From contig CM022670.1 of assembly GCA_012295275.1 (NCBI GenBank), positions 38,998,001 to 39,062,000 on the forward strand: a stretch of DNA of 64,000 bases, read 5' to 3'. The notes below the pieces were generated by a model. It saw nothing but the letters and a program-made list of their open reading frames with translations, did no database searches and was not told the DNA's origin. This stretch comes from Chrysomallon squamiferum. Its lineage: Eukaryota > Animalia > Mollusca. Within the stretch, counting starts at the first letter, position 1. The number at the start of each line of letters is the position of its first letter. Made by a program: the position numbers and the translations under genes. Below are positions 25,301 through 36,585 of this stretch, one piece after another.

Positions 25301-27407
25301 CAAGCTTTAGGGTAGGGATTTTGGGTATACAGATTCATCTATGAAATTATATTTTCACAAACTGTATATTTCAAAAACACAAACACAAAATAAGAAATAT
25401 AACCAATTAAAAAATAAATAAATAAATAAATACAACAACAAAATATAATAATAATAATAACTGAATTGAAAGGACAATCAATGGGCTCTTTGGTCCAACA
25501 ATACAAATTAAATTTAAAAACAAACTCTGGAAATTATTTTAAAAAACAACTAAACTACAGAACAAAAATAACAAGATTTAACAAATGTACAATAACCAGT
25601 GAATTACTGATAACCTCTAGAAAAATAGAAAAATAAATCTATAAACGAATGCAGATATTAAACGAATTAATATATTAAAAATAATTATAGGTATGTTAAT
25701 ATTTATTACAGCTCGAATCTACAGCGTTAGTCTCTACAGTTATATAACTCTGAATAGCCAATAATAAGTTAAGGGTTCATGGTCAGGCTACTAACCTCTG
25801 CATGGCCTGCCCAACTGCAAACTGTTATTGAAATAGCATCTGCAGCAACACACAGAATAGTCTACAGTGGAGAGAGACTACAGGTAACAAGGAGAACACA
25901 AAACTCAACACCGCTTCTAGCAAGTTTAATTAAGGAAACACATTGCAAACACATGCAATGCTTTATGTAACAGATATTTTGGCGTCCATCATGGAAAATT
26001 ATTAAACTCTTAAATAATATTTAAAAAAAAAAAAAAAATACTTAGCAAAAAATTTGTGTAATTAGTAATTTAAAGAGTAATGAAGTTTTTTTTTTTTCTA
26101 AGTGAATGACTAATAAAGAAATTAACTATTAATGATAATAATTTTAAAAAAAAAAAATAATAATAATAATTTAGAAAGTTTATTAATTTGTCAAGAAAAT
26201 GCTTAAGTTTTTATGTCCAAACTTTGGGTTTTTTCAAACATTATTTTGTTTAGTATTTTTAAATAAGTTATAATTTATTTGGATTTTTTTTTTCAAATTT
26301 TAATATCCAGTCTATATATGACAAGCAGAGAGATTGTAATGCTATTCACAATGTTACTAAAAAAAAAGTTGTTACATTTGATTTACAAATAAAGAGGTTA
26401 TGATATGCACAATGTTAATGAAAAAAAAAAAAAAAAAGGTATTACATTTAATATGCACTCCATGACTTCTGTTTTTTTCAATATTCTCTTAAATAAAAGA
26501 TACATATAAATATTTCAAAAGCATTAAAAGGATTTCATATTATTCTAAAAACAAGAATTCTAATGCCTGCCATGTGTTTCAAACTGAGCTAATTTTAGAC
26601 AAATTCTTACAATGGACACCTTACATCTTCTTTTCCTCTGCACTTCAACAATTTCTTTTATTTGTAAACAGTTGATACAAGTGTGAAAGATTACACATAG
26701 GTATATAATTTTAACAATTAAAGTTTGTGTTGTAAAACGGTGTCTGGCTTTTAGTGTGTATGTCTGCATGGTTAACGTCTGTTTTGTATAAATTATGGAT
26801 GTATAAGGACATAAATTATATTTCAGTGTCTGAATTAAAAAAAAATTCTAAGTGTTCCAAGTGTAACACTTTACAATATTTACACAGGGCAATGAACTGA
26901 AATAATTTCCAAGTTACATTTCACCAACAAATTTACATGATGGCATGTTTATGCATGAGTCAGTTCCAATAATGGACACCTTTGAGTAATTAGCGATTGG
27001 AAATAGTATCTATACAGTCCTGATTGGATTGTCCTTGCACTGACCTCTGTCCATTATCAGTATACAGCAATTTGTTGCATAGTCAGGTATTGCATAAAAT
27101 GAGGAAGTAAAAAAAAACAATGACCAAAAAGCAGAAATAAAGCATTCATTACTGACTTTTTAATCAATGAATTAATTTTATACTGATCACAGATTATCGA
27201 AGAACTGGGTACAGAAATGTTGTTACTAAGGGTATTGGAAGGGAGGGGTCTGTTAATTAAAACATTTTTTAAAAAATCATTTCATTGTTATAATTATCTT
27301 TCTTTTTATGCATTCTTAAATGCATGAAGTATAGCTAATGTCAATGCATTAATATATATATTAGGACAATATGCAAGAACGTGTATTTGTATGCTACTGT
27401 ATGTATG

Positions 27408-27456
<49 letters not shown>

Positions 27457-29119
27457 CAGTTGGACAGATGTATCACAGATGGAATTTAACAAGGTTCTGT
27501 GGGCAGCAACAGAGTAATGTTGTTCATGTATGAACATTTAATTTAATCACGAACTCGAACATATATTCGTGTAACATATCCGCTAATTGTTATTAATTTG
27601 GTTACATTTACATACAAGAAAGCATGAACCTGCAGGGCTGGGGGCTAACGCAGGTTATTGGCATCACAAACAAACTACAAAAGTGATGCAGACATTTGTC
27701 CACGATCTCCGAGTCTGTGTGCATGTCATTTGTAAAGCTTGCTGACTTCAGGTGTTATGTCACACGGCAAACACAGGCTCTCATGTGTAATACATTAACA
27801 TGAATAACAATTTCGTTCCAGATGAGAAAAGATGAATATACTTATCTCAAGGTTAAGTGGGTGTCAATCAGGTATTCTAGCGCAGTATTCTGATACAATG
27901 CAGACTTAACCGACAGAACATAATTCTACTTATGTAACTGCATGTCCCCAGCTAACCCTGTACATAATCCTGCCACCCTGCAGCTGTAAAACTACAGTTC
28001 CCAAACATAATTCTTCATCTTACACTTAAAATGCAGAAATTCCTATTTAGACGTAATTATCTCGTTTTTCTGGTAGTAGAATGCAGCTTTTGTTCTACTT
28101 GGAGTTTCTCATGTTTCAGCTGATTTGAAATATATTTTTAAACATACAAAGATATCATAAATGTGAGAACAATACAATCAAGGTTATTCGGTTTTAGAAT
28201 ATTATTATTATGCAAATTTATGATACGTTTCAGCTCCAACAATAATTATAGTGGTAGGCATTTACGATTACTATAAAAGTAAAAATTTAAGAGAAAATTA
28301 TGGTTTAGCCTTTTATGCAGCTACTAGAACATTTAAGTTTAAATTCTGCCTGTAAATCATTTTTTTATTGGCTAGACTGTGAATAAAATAATAATAAAAC
28401 ACAAACATTTAGCAAGGCAGGAGAAACAAACTCTAGAGTTGTGTTTTTTTTTTCAATTATCTCTGTTTTCAGTATAAACATATAAAATTATTTGTTTTTA
28501 TGTTTTAAGATGTAACACATTTAACTATAATGTATTTTATTACATGCTTACCAAATGGAATTATATTATTTTATGCATAAACAGTAATACAGTCTGTTAA
28601 CTAAAATTATGATTGCAAATTTAATATTCATTATACTGTAACATATATTAATAATATCTTTTAGGAATTTTTATGATATTTAGACATGTGTGTGTGTGTG
28701 TGAAGGAAAGAAAGAGAGAGAGGATGAATTTAAAGAGATATATGTAAGTGATTGCAGATATATATCTTTTTTTCAGTAAATGATGTTTCACTCATGATCA
28801 ATTTCATCTTTTTGAGGTATATATATATATATATTTCTCTCATTTTATAATTAATGTTTTCTGACATAATGAGAATTAAATACAAATCAAAGCAGTACAG
28901 CTTAAAACCGATAACCAGTGTTCAATGATTTACAACAAAAAGCAGACTGATTATATCTCACACTGTTTGGTTACACAAAAGATAACAACCCAGTATTTTG
29001 TTATAATACAACCATATCAAAATGTTCTCACACAGGAACTGAACTGCATGGATCTTGTGACATTCATAAACATACATACATCTTGTTAGTGCTACTAGTT
29101 TAACATGTAAGTCACCTAC

Positions 29120-29179
29120 CTTTAATATCTGGATCACCATTTATTGTCAGATCTGCATAATCTGCTCGTGGATCGGGAA
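29120..29179 (-). CDS. NFI: NFI exon 4, linker (VPDPRADYADLTINGDPDIK)
   Basis: ttgttttgtag| acceptor, AAG|gtaggt donor, 60 nt, phase 1-1, open in the required frame. Confidence 0.75.
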
Positions 29180-30538
29180 CTACAAAACAATGCAAAACAA
29201 GTAGAAATGTATTCAGCAAGGTGAATAAGCACTTTGTAGTGCTACGCTATGACAATAAAATGTATTGTTTGATATTTGATTTAAAAGAATATTAATATAA
29301 CTTATGTAACCTTTCCATTTACCACATGCATGTAGTTCTTCAGGTTTATAAAATTGTTCACTTTGCATAAATCTGATTAAAAAGTTGTTAATACTTTAGG
29401 ACTGTTTATCTATCATGAAGCTACAGTCCAGAGGAATTATTAAATTTTTAGTCATTGTAATTTTTTTAAATGTCCCTGAAATGTGGTCACGTTAAAATGC
29501 TGTGGTAATAGATACTACATTGGAGTAACTACTGTTTAACCTCTCTGATTACAATCAATACCCTTGTTTTAAATATTTTCAAATTGCTTATTTATTAATT
29601 AGCATGTGGAAATCAGAAAACATCACAGCATCGGCTACTCTTTCCAATTAACATAAAATGGACCTTTTCAAAGTATTTTTTTCATCAATGGGAGAGAAAA
29701 GGTGTGAAAAATCAATTTTACGTTATGTAAATATTCATATTCCTTATACTGTTAGCTTCATTTCTGAAATCATTTCCATCTCCATAAGTTTATAAGAACA
29801 GCTGATAATGAGCCACTAATGATCATATTTGATATAAAACTCCATCAAATGATTTCACTAATTAATTCACTAAAAAATGGATTTTTTTTTTTTATAAATA
29901 ACCACCAAAAAGTATGGGACACTTCTGGGGTTAACATTATATTTTTATTTAATTTTTTTTTTTTTTCAGTATTATTTGTTGTTATTTTTTTTGGATTATT
30001 AAATTATGACTGCTTGACATTTTCTAACTCAAAAGTCACTATAGTGAATTAATCCCTAATTTGATATGCAAGATCATAGTACTTGAGACATCTGTTGTTA
30101 AACTCTGACTTAATATGATATATCATCCTGTTATGTCAGTACTTTATGTCTTCAGTAAACAAGGAGCTGCAAAACACATTTCCTGTATCTTCAATACAAA
30201 AAAAAAAAAAAAAAAAAAAAATGATCTTAACTCCATTATGCCAAAGACAAAAGATCCAACAAAACTAAAACAATTTTCTTGCATACCAAAGACTTGAGAT
30301 CTCAATAATGACTGTGAAAAATACATCACAAAATATCAAATCTAAAATTATTAAATAAAAACCTTCAGGTTTCCAATTCAGTGATAAAGGGATAAAAAAA
30401 TAAAAAAATAAATAAATTTGAAAAAAAAAAAAAAATTTGAAAAAAAAAAATGGTGGAAAATTAAGAACCAAAATAATTTTAATTTTTTTTTTTTTTTTTT
30501 TAAATTCATAATTTCAAAAAAAAAAAAAAACCACATAC

Positions 30539-30914
30539 CATAGCTGTGTATAAAGTTAGCCAGGTACAAATCCAACTCGCGAACTGAGACACTGATATGG
30601 TGTGGGTTCACACAAAGATTCGGGTGCATGCACTCGTGCGATTTCTCCAGTCTCTCGCCGTCTGTACTTTCAAGAGGTATTGCTTTGAACAGTATGACCA
30701 TAACGAGGTCCAGGCGCCACACTTTGTCCGCCTGGCGCAAGCAGTCTATTCTCCTCATTTTGCCTTTCTGGTCAGGATTCGACAACACGCACACAGGTGG
30801 CCGTTTTCCTGTAATACTGAGAACAAAGTCTTCGCGACACTCTTGTGTAATGTCTTTCCGAAGTTTTGCTAATAACCGTGATGCCCATTTCTGCTTTACT
30901 TCTGGTTTTTCATT
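30539..30914 (-). CDS. NFI: NFI exon 3, CTF/NFI (MH1-like) DNA-binding and dimerisation core
   Basis: atttag|AAT GAA AAA CCA ... TAT G|gtatgt, 376 nt, phase 0-1. Encodes [22 protein letters not shown]...[50 protein letters not shown]...[22 protein letters not shown], with the four conserved Cys. Confidence 0.99.
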
Positions 30915-31515
30915 CTAAATATATAAAAATGAAAAAAAAAAAAAAAAAAAAAAAAAATAAATAAAATATTATAACAGTCTTGACGAATTCAGTCACGTTA
31001 CATATTACGGCTAGATACATTATTTCTACGTTTCTTTCAAATATATTACTGTCGTAAAATATTTTTTCTATTAAACACGTAACAAGTTTATATAAATATC
31101 AAATTTTCCATTACTGTCTGTCACCTTTTTAAAAAGAAAATCCTCTTAAATTAAAATTAAAATCTATAACTAAGAGATAATTAATGCTAAATACAAAGAA
31201 TTGATAAATATAAACTCAAGACACATACAATTATCTGCTATTAACAATCTGATTTTGCAATTACAGCATTTGAGATGAAATCCACTGCCATCTCAGAAAG
31301 GCTACTTTTACACATTAGCAACAAGATTTCTTTTATGTAACAACAAAGCAGAGTAACTTATAGTCTTAGATATCTAGGACATGGAGAAATAAATACTAAT
31401 AGGAAACTGGCCTTGAAGATTCCATCTTGTAACGTATCACTACTTTGATGAATGCTTTACCACACAAACAGGAATTTATAAAATTTCTGAAGGTGCAGTA
31501 AAGAAAGTCAAGTAC

Positions 31516-31671
31516 CTGAAGCTCTTCTTTGACTCTGCGTTCTTCATCCATGGACATTCTTTTTTCGTGCTTCTTGAAGTATTTTCGCTTTGCAGCTTGA
31601 AGGTTGAACCATGTGTATGAGAAAGACTTTACATGAGGCAGCAGAGCCTCAATGAATGGATGAAATTCATC
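31516..31671 (-). CDS. NFI: NFI exon 2, N-terminal DNA-binding region ([52 protein letters not shown])
   Basis: ttatttcag| acceptor, CAG|gtactt donor, 156 nt, phase 0-0. Closely matches the NFI N-terminal DNA-binding sequence. Not in the supplied ORF track. Confidence 0.98.
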
Positions 31672-34055
31672 CTGAAATAAGAAGACTTTGTGTTACAGCT
31701 CTGAAATGTCAGTAAAGTATTCAACAGTAGTAGCTAGTAAAAGAATTATTAGTTGTAACATTTTTACATTCCACTCTCAAACATTAGTATACTATTAGAA
31801 GTAGCATTAGTAACTATAGCAAGAGCAATTTGTTAAATAACACACTTTGAACCTCTTAATTCCTGCATTCCATATTCTGGCCACTGTCTTGGTTTTGAAC
31901 ATTTTGAATCTGCAGCCATTAGTTTGTTTATTATGTCACCAGGATTTTACATTACATGATAATAAAAAAAAAAAAAAAAAAAAAAAAATGGAAGCTTTAA
32001 TGGCTGCATTATTTCCTATTTTAAGCTTTGTCCATCTTTGGTAACACCATAATATGTGGAATAAATAGGCAAAACTATGTTTACTTAAGTTAGGGGTCCA
32101 TTTCTGTTCTGCAGTATTTTGGGTGGGGTGGGGGATCTGGATTTAAGAGGTTTGACCTGTGGTTTTAATATTAGGAGTAATGTTTTAATATTACACTCTC
32201 ACATGTGAATATGATATTAATAATAATAACAGTAGTTGCAGTTACGCTCTCAGATAACAATTTTATTATTCATTAAAATAAAGAGTACTAGTAGTAAAAG
32301 TAATCGAAAAAGTAGTAATGTTACTGATTTATTGCTTTCAATATATATTGAAAGAGCAATTATTCCTCCAAGCAATAAAAATAACATCACATACACAAAA
32401 AATAATATAATCAATAATGCATAATGAATTAAAAATGTATATGCATTATTATATATATGAAACAAATATTATTTCAAAATGTCATCAGTAAATATAATCT
32501 GCAGCAAAGCTTAAATATATAAATAAAACTGTCATTTTATCAATTTCAAAAATGTATTTAAAAATGATTTAAATTAAAATGAAAATTATTTGTAAATAAA
32601 TGTTGCTATATATATATATGTAAAAAAAAAAAAAAAAAAAAATTAAAAAATGTACTTGTTTTATTTTTTCAAATCAGACCAGTCATTGAATTACCTGAGT
32701 TCTTCATAATTCAATTAACTTTTTCTAAAAATAATAATGAATAAAAGCAAACAAAAAAATACATTTAAAAAAAAAAAAAAATTTAAAAATCAGTTTTCAA
32801 AATATGTTCAGAAAGTTTTCGAGACATTTGTAATTTACAAATATAAATCAGAAGCTTTTTGAAAAAATAAACATTCTTGATTTTTATTATTTTTTTTACA
32901 AATATGAATAAATCAGTACTCTTTCTGAGTCATAAGAGATCTGAAGAACATTAACTACAAACACTTACCTACACGTCACCAATACTGTTTACACCATGAT
33001 ATTACAGCTAAAATAAATCCTTCAGAAAATAATTCTTAAAATGTTTTATGCTGGGCATATATATATATATATATATCCATAATTCTTAACTGTTAAATTT
33101 ATGTATTAAAGTAAAAATTTTATAGATATCTATTTACTTTTATTCGGGAAAACTTTAACATAACTGTTTCAAACAAAATTAATGCTTTAAAAAGAAACTA
33201 CTAAATAAAACCCCTATCCACCAGGTTAATATCCATATCTGAATAAATCATTTTAACATCAAATTAGTATTTAAATATGAACAGTTTACACACATAAATA
33301 TATATGTATATTGTAACTTTTAAGAAGAAACCTAACACATCATATGTTACTAACAGATGCACGTATTAAGTATGTCTTTATAACACATTTAAAGATACAA
33401 AAAATGAATATAGCCAAGAAACAGCCAAGAATATCATATTTCATCTTATTTCAGTCTTAAACATGTGGCCATTCTGTGGTATATGAATGATTTATTTTAG
33501 CTGCAGGAATAAGTTTTGATGATTTCTTGTAGTAGGAGTGGCCGGCTATGAATACTAAATGATGTGAATATATATTTTTTATGAAACTAACGAATGCAAA
33601 ACATCCAGTCTGTTACTATCTTTACAGAGCTACGAGCAATGATATATCATACAAACTGGTTTACACTGCTAGGTGATATATCGTATCTTCCATACACACA
33701 CACACAAAAAAAAAAAAATGCAGTCTGGATTACATCAGTTTTACAGTGAATGGGCATGTTTACGTAATAAATGTTATGAAACAGTAAGTTATAATATGTA
33801 CAGCTGCATCATTACTTTAATAAACCAAACATGAATTATGAAAACGTTTTATGAGCGACGTACGTATATGTTCACGTCGTTGATACAGTGAATTATATCA
33901 GGTCAAGCCTAAAATGGTACACACGAAAGTGTTAAACTTAAACACGAAACTCATCCTATATGTTGATTACTTTACAGTAAAAATCACTGAAATATGATAC
34001 TAAAATAACTAAAACCGTTAATAACTCATTACTGTTCGGTCCAGCAAGAACGTAC

Positions 34056-34082
34056 CTCAATAGTTGGCTGATCGGCACTCAT
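34056..34082 (-). CDS. NFI: NFI coding exon 1 (MSADQPTIE)
   Basis: aaaATG start, 9 codons, donor GAG|gtacgt in phase 0 joining to DEFH. Vertebrate NFI also has a short first exon before DEFH. It lies just downstream of the promoter motifs. Confidence 0.8.
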
Positions 34083-34729
34083 TTTGACAGACGGGGGTCA
34101 GACCTGAGGGAAAGAATCAATGAACCAGAACTGTCAAAAGCAGACGAAATTCTCGACATTTGTTTACACTCAACCATTTCTGCCACAGTTAATAAGATAC
34201 ACACAAAATCAAGGAAATGAATCCCAATATTTCAGGTGAGAAATATACAATTAATCTTTCATTCTGTCGAGAAATGTCCGATCAACTGCACAGGGCACGT
34301 CATAACATGATTCTTTACAGGGCAGCCATTTTGGAAAATAGTCCCAAACAGAAAACTTGCACAACTGTTATATTTAATGCACAATTTTTAAAAAGAAGAA
34401 AACTTTATGTTACATTTACTTTAAATAGAAAAGCTACATTTCAAATTATAAAAATTTTACAAATTAAGATTGCTCAAGAACTAAAACACTGCGCCAGAAA
34501 TATGCAAACTCGGGAAACCCACCATGGTCATTTTCTGCAGATCAGTTCCACAGATCTAGGAATTTTCGTCTGAATCCATCCTAGGTCAGCACAGAATGCT
34601 TCAACCTGCGCTAGCAGATGATCGTTTGAGCTTCATAGATGCTTATTATCGTAAAATCCCCACAAGATCAAATACTACGAACGAAAAGTAGGCCAGTTTC
34701 TTCCACAGGTCAGTCGGGCTTTCCGATTT

Positions 34730-34855
34730 GATGATGACGTAGTGTTTTGAACGCGAACCTATTGTTGTTGTCAATTTCCTTATTTGGACGGCAGGTATCA
34801 ATCCTCTTTTCTCGACCAATCAGTTTGAGGTATTCGACTGTGGGCGGAGCCAAGG
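34730..34855 (-). promoter_or_regulatory. Putative NFI proximal promoter
   Basis: NF-Y-type GACCAATCAG (CCAAT at 34816-34820), Sp/KLF GC box GGGCGGAGC (34842-34850) and CRE-like TGACGTA (34735). A YY1-like GCCATTTT is at 34325. The region is CpG-rich and lies 0.65-0.8 kb upstream of the ATG. Confidence 0.7.
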
Positions 34856-35549
34856 TGGTTGAAAGAACAGGTGCTCCGAAATATTATATATCCGACTACG
34901 TTAGTATGATAATATATTTCTTTGAATTCTTGTCTTTAGTTTTTCATTACTTTCAAAGAGTTAATTAAAAACTGCTGTTTTTATAACATCCGTAATTTTA
35001 TTTTTTAAATTTCTAAATTTGTAACTCTATATCTTCATTGGTAACAAATCAATACAAGGCTTACCACGCCTCCAACTTCATTCATTCATAGCTATCAGCT
35101 GACTTTTCGGACTGCAGCCAAATACTCTGTTTATTGTGAATATTATTATACAATGCAATAATTGTTTGTAATGTTGCTTATATTTGGCTGACTTTTATCC
35201 CCATTTTGTAATGCCTCATGTTTTAATTTACACGGTCCACAATAGTATCAACAGGTAGTAAGTAACTGTAAGTATTAATATTTATAGTTGTACTTCCTTT
35301 GGAATAATAATAATAATAATAAACAGTAAAAGAAAAATATATAGGAAAATATTTAGGCAGACTTCTAAATATAATTATACTTTAGTCACAGAGACAGTGA
35401 ATCGTCGAATATATTGTGTATTAATGGTCAAATACGTGTATTGCTGCATGTAAAGAATGTATGTTTATAAAACATTCGTCCTGACGAAACATTTGGCTAT
35501 TTAAGATAATCAAGAAACCAAGACCAGAAACGTTTTGCTATTTCATAAG

Positions 35550-35665
35550 CGATACTATTACTGATTAGCAGTAAAGTATCTTTCATAGGCGCACTCCCTT
35601 GCACAGAAAAGCAGACAATACTGACACTGACATATAGGGCATTATCTGGATTGGGGGGGGGGAAA
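35550..35665 (+). mobile_element. Dispersed repeat fragment, same family as 18216
   Basis: GATTAGCAGTAAAGTATCTTTCATAGGCGCAC matches the shared core. Confidence 0.45.
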
Positions 35666-35968
35666 CCATGGAGGAGAAGGAGGTTTAATCAAGCTACCCA
35701 TAATTCCTCAGGTGATTACTCTAACCACTTAGCTATTTTGGAAACTAATCGGCTCGGATTTTGCAGCAGATCAGAACACGACAATAATCCATTCAGGATA
35801 AAACTAAACTGTAATATTTATAGATATCACTTAATTCCGTTAATTCTCCTCCCTCCCCTCCCCCTACCCCCCCCCGCCACGCGCCTTCTCGTCGAGCATC
35901 CTCCTATACCACTCCTTCGCCTCGTTCCTGCTCCTGCATCTCTTCCTCCTTCTTGTTCTTTGTTTTCC

Positions 35969-36000
<32 letters not shown>

Positions 36001-36537
36001 GATTCTTCGTCTTCTTCCATCAACTGGTATACTACACGAAATCCACGATTTATATTTTTAGATATTCCCGTACACTCTCGAACTATTTCGTAAGTTACTT
36101 TTTCTTGAAGACGAGAAACCGAAGCTGTTAAGATCTGCGTCGACTATCCGCTGACGTCTGCTACTGAACACGCGGTGTATATATCCGCGCGCCAGACGTT
36201 TTATAACCCAAGAGCAGAACTGATAAGAATCGCGCAGTATAAAGAAGTGCATTATAAACCCATTTCCACGCGCTTCGAAATAATAATTATGTGTATATAT
36301 ATATATATATACCGACTGGTCATATGAGTATGTGAGCGTGTGTGTGTGTGAGTATATATATATGCATGTGAATATATGGGCACGTGTGCGCGCGTGCTAG
36401 CATTCGTGTATTCTCCCAGGTTTTTCGGTTTATGTCAGACAATGAAATGGAAGAGAAGACAAATTCAGATCGGGACTCAGATACAGTGAAATGAAGAGAA
36501 ACAAACAGGTAGGAAGCTAGATAGGGAGGCAGGTATA

Positions 36538-36585
<48 letters not shown>

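Noticed and set aside
27630-27675. 45-nt exon candidate in intron 4
   Set aside because: Weak donor (gttcat) and an in-frame stop.
34217-34573. 118-aa plus-strand ORF antisense to the NFI 5' region
   Set aside because: No recognisable homology, AT-rich, and a length reachable by chance.
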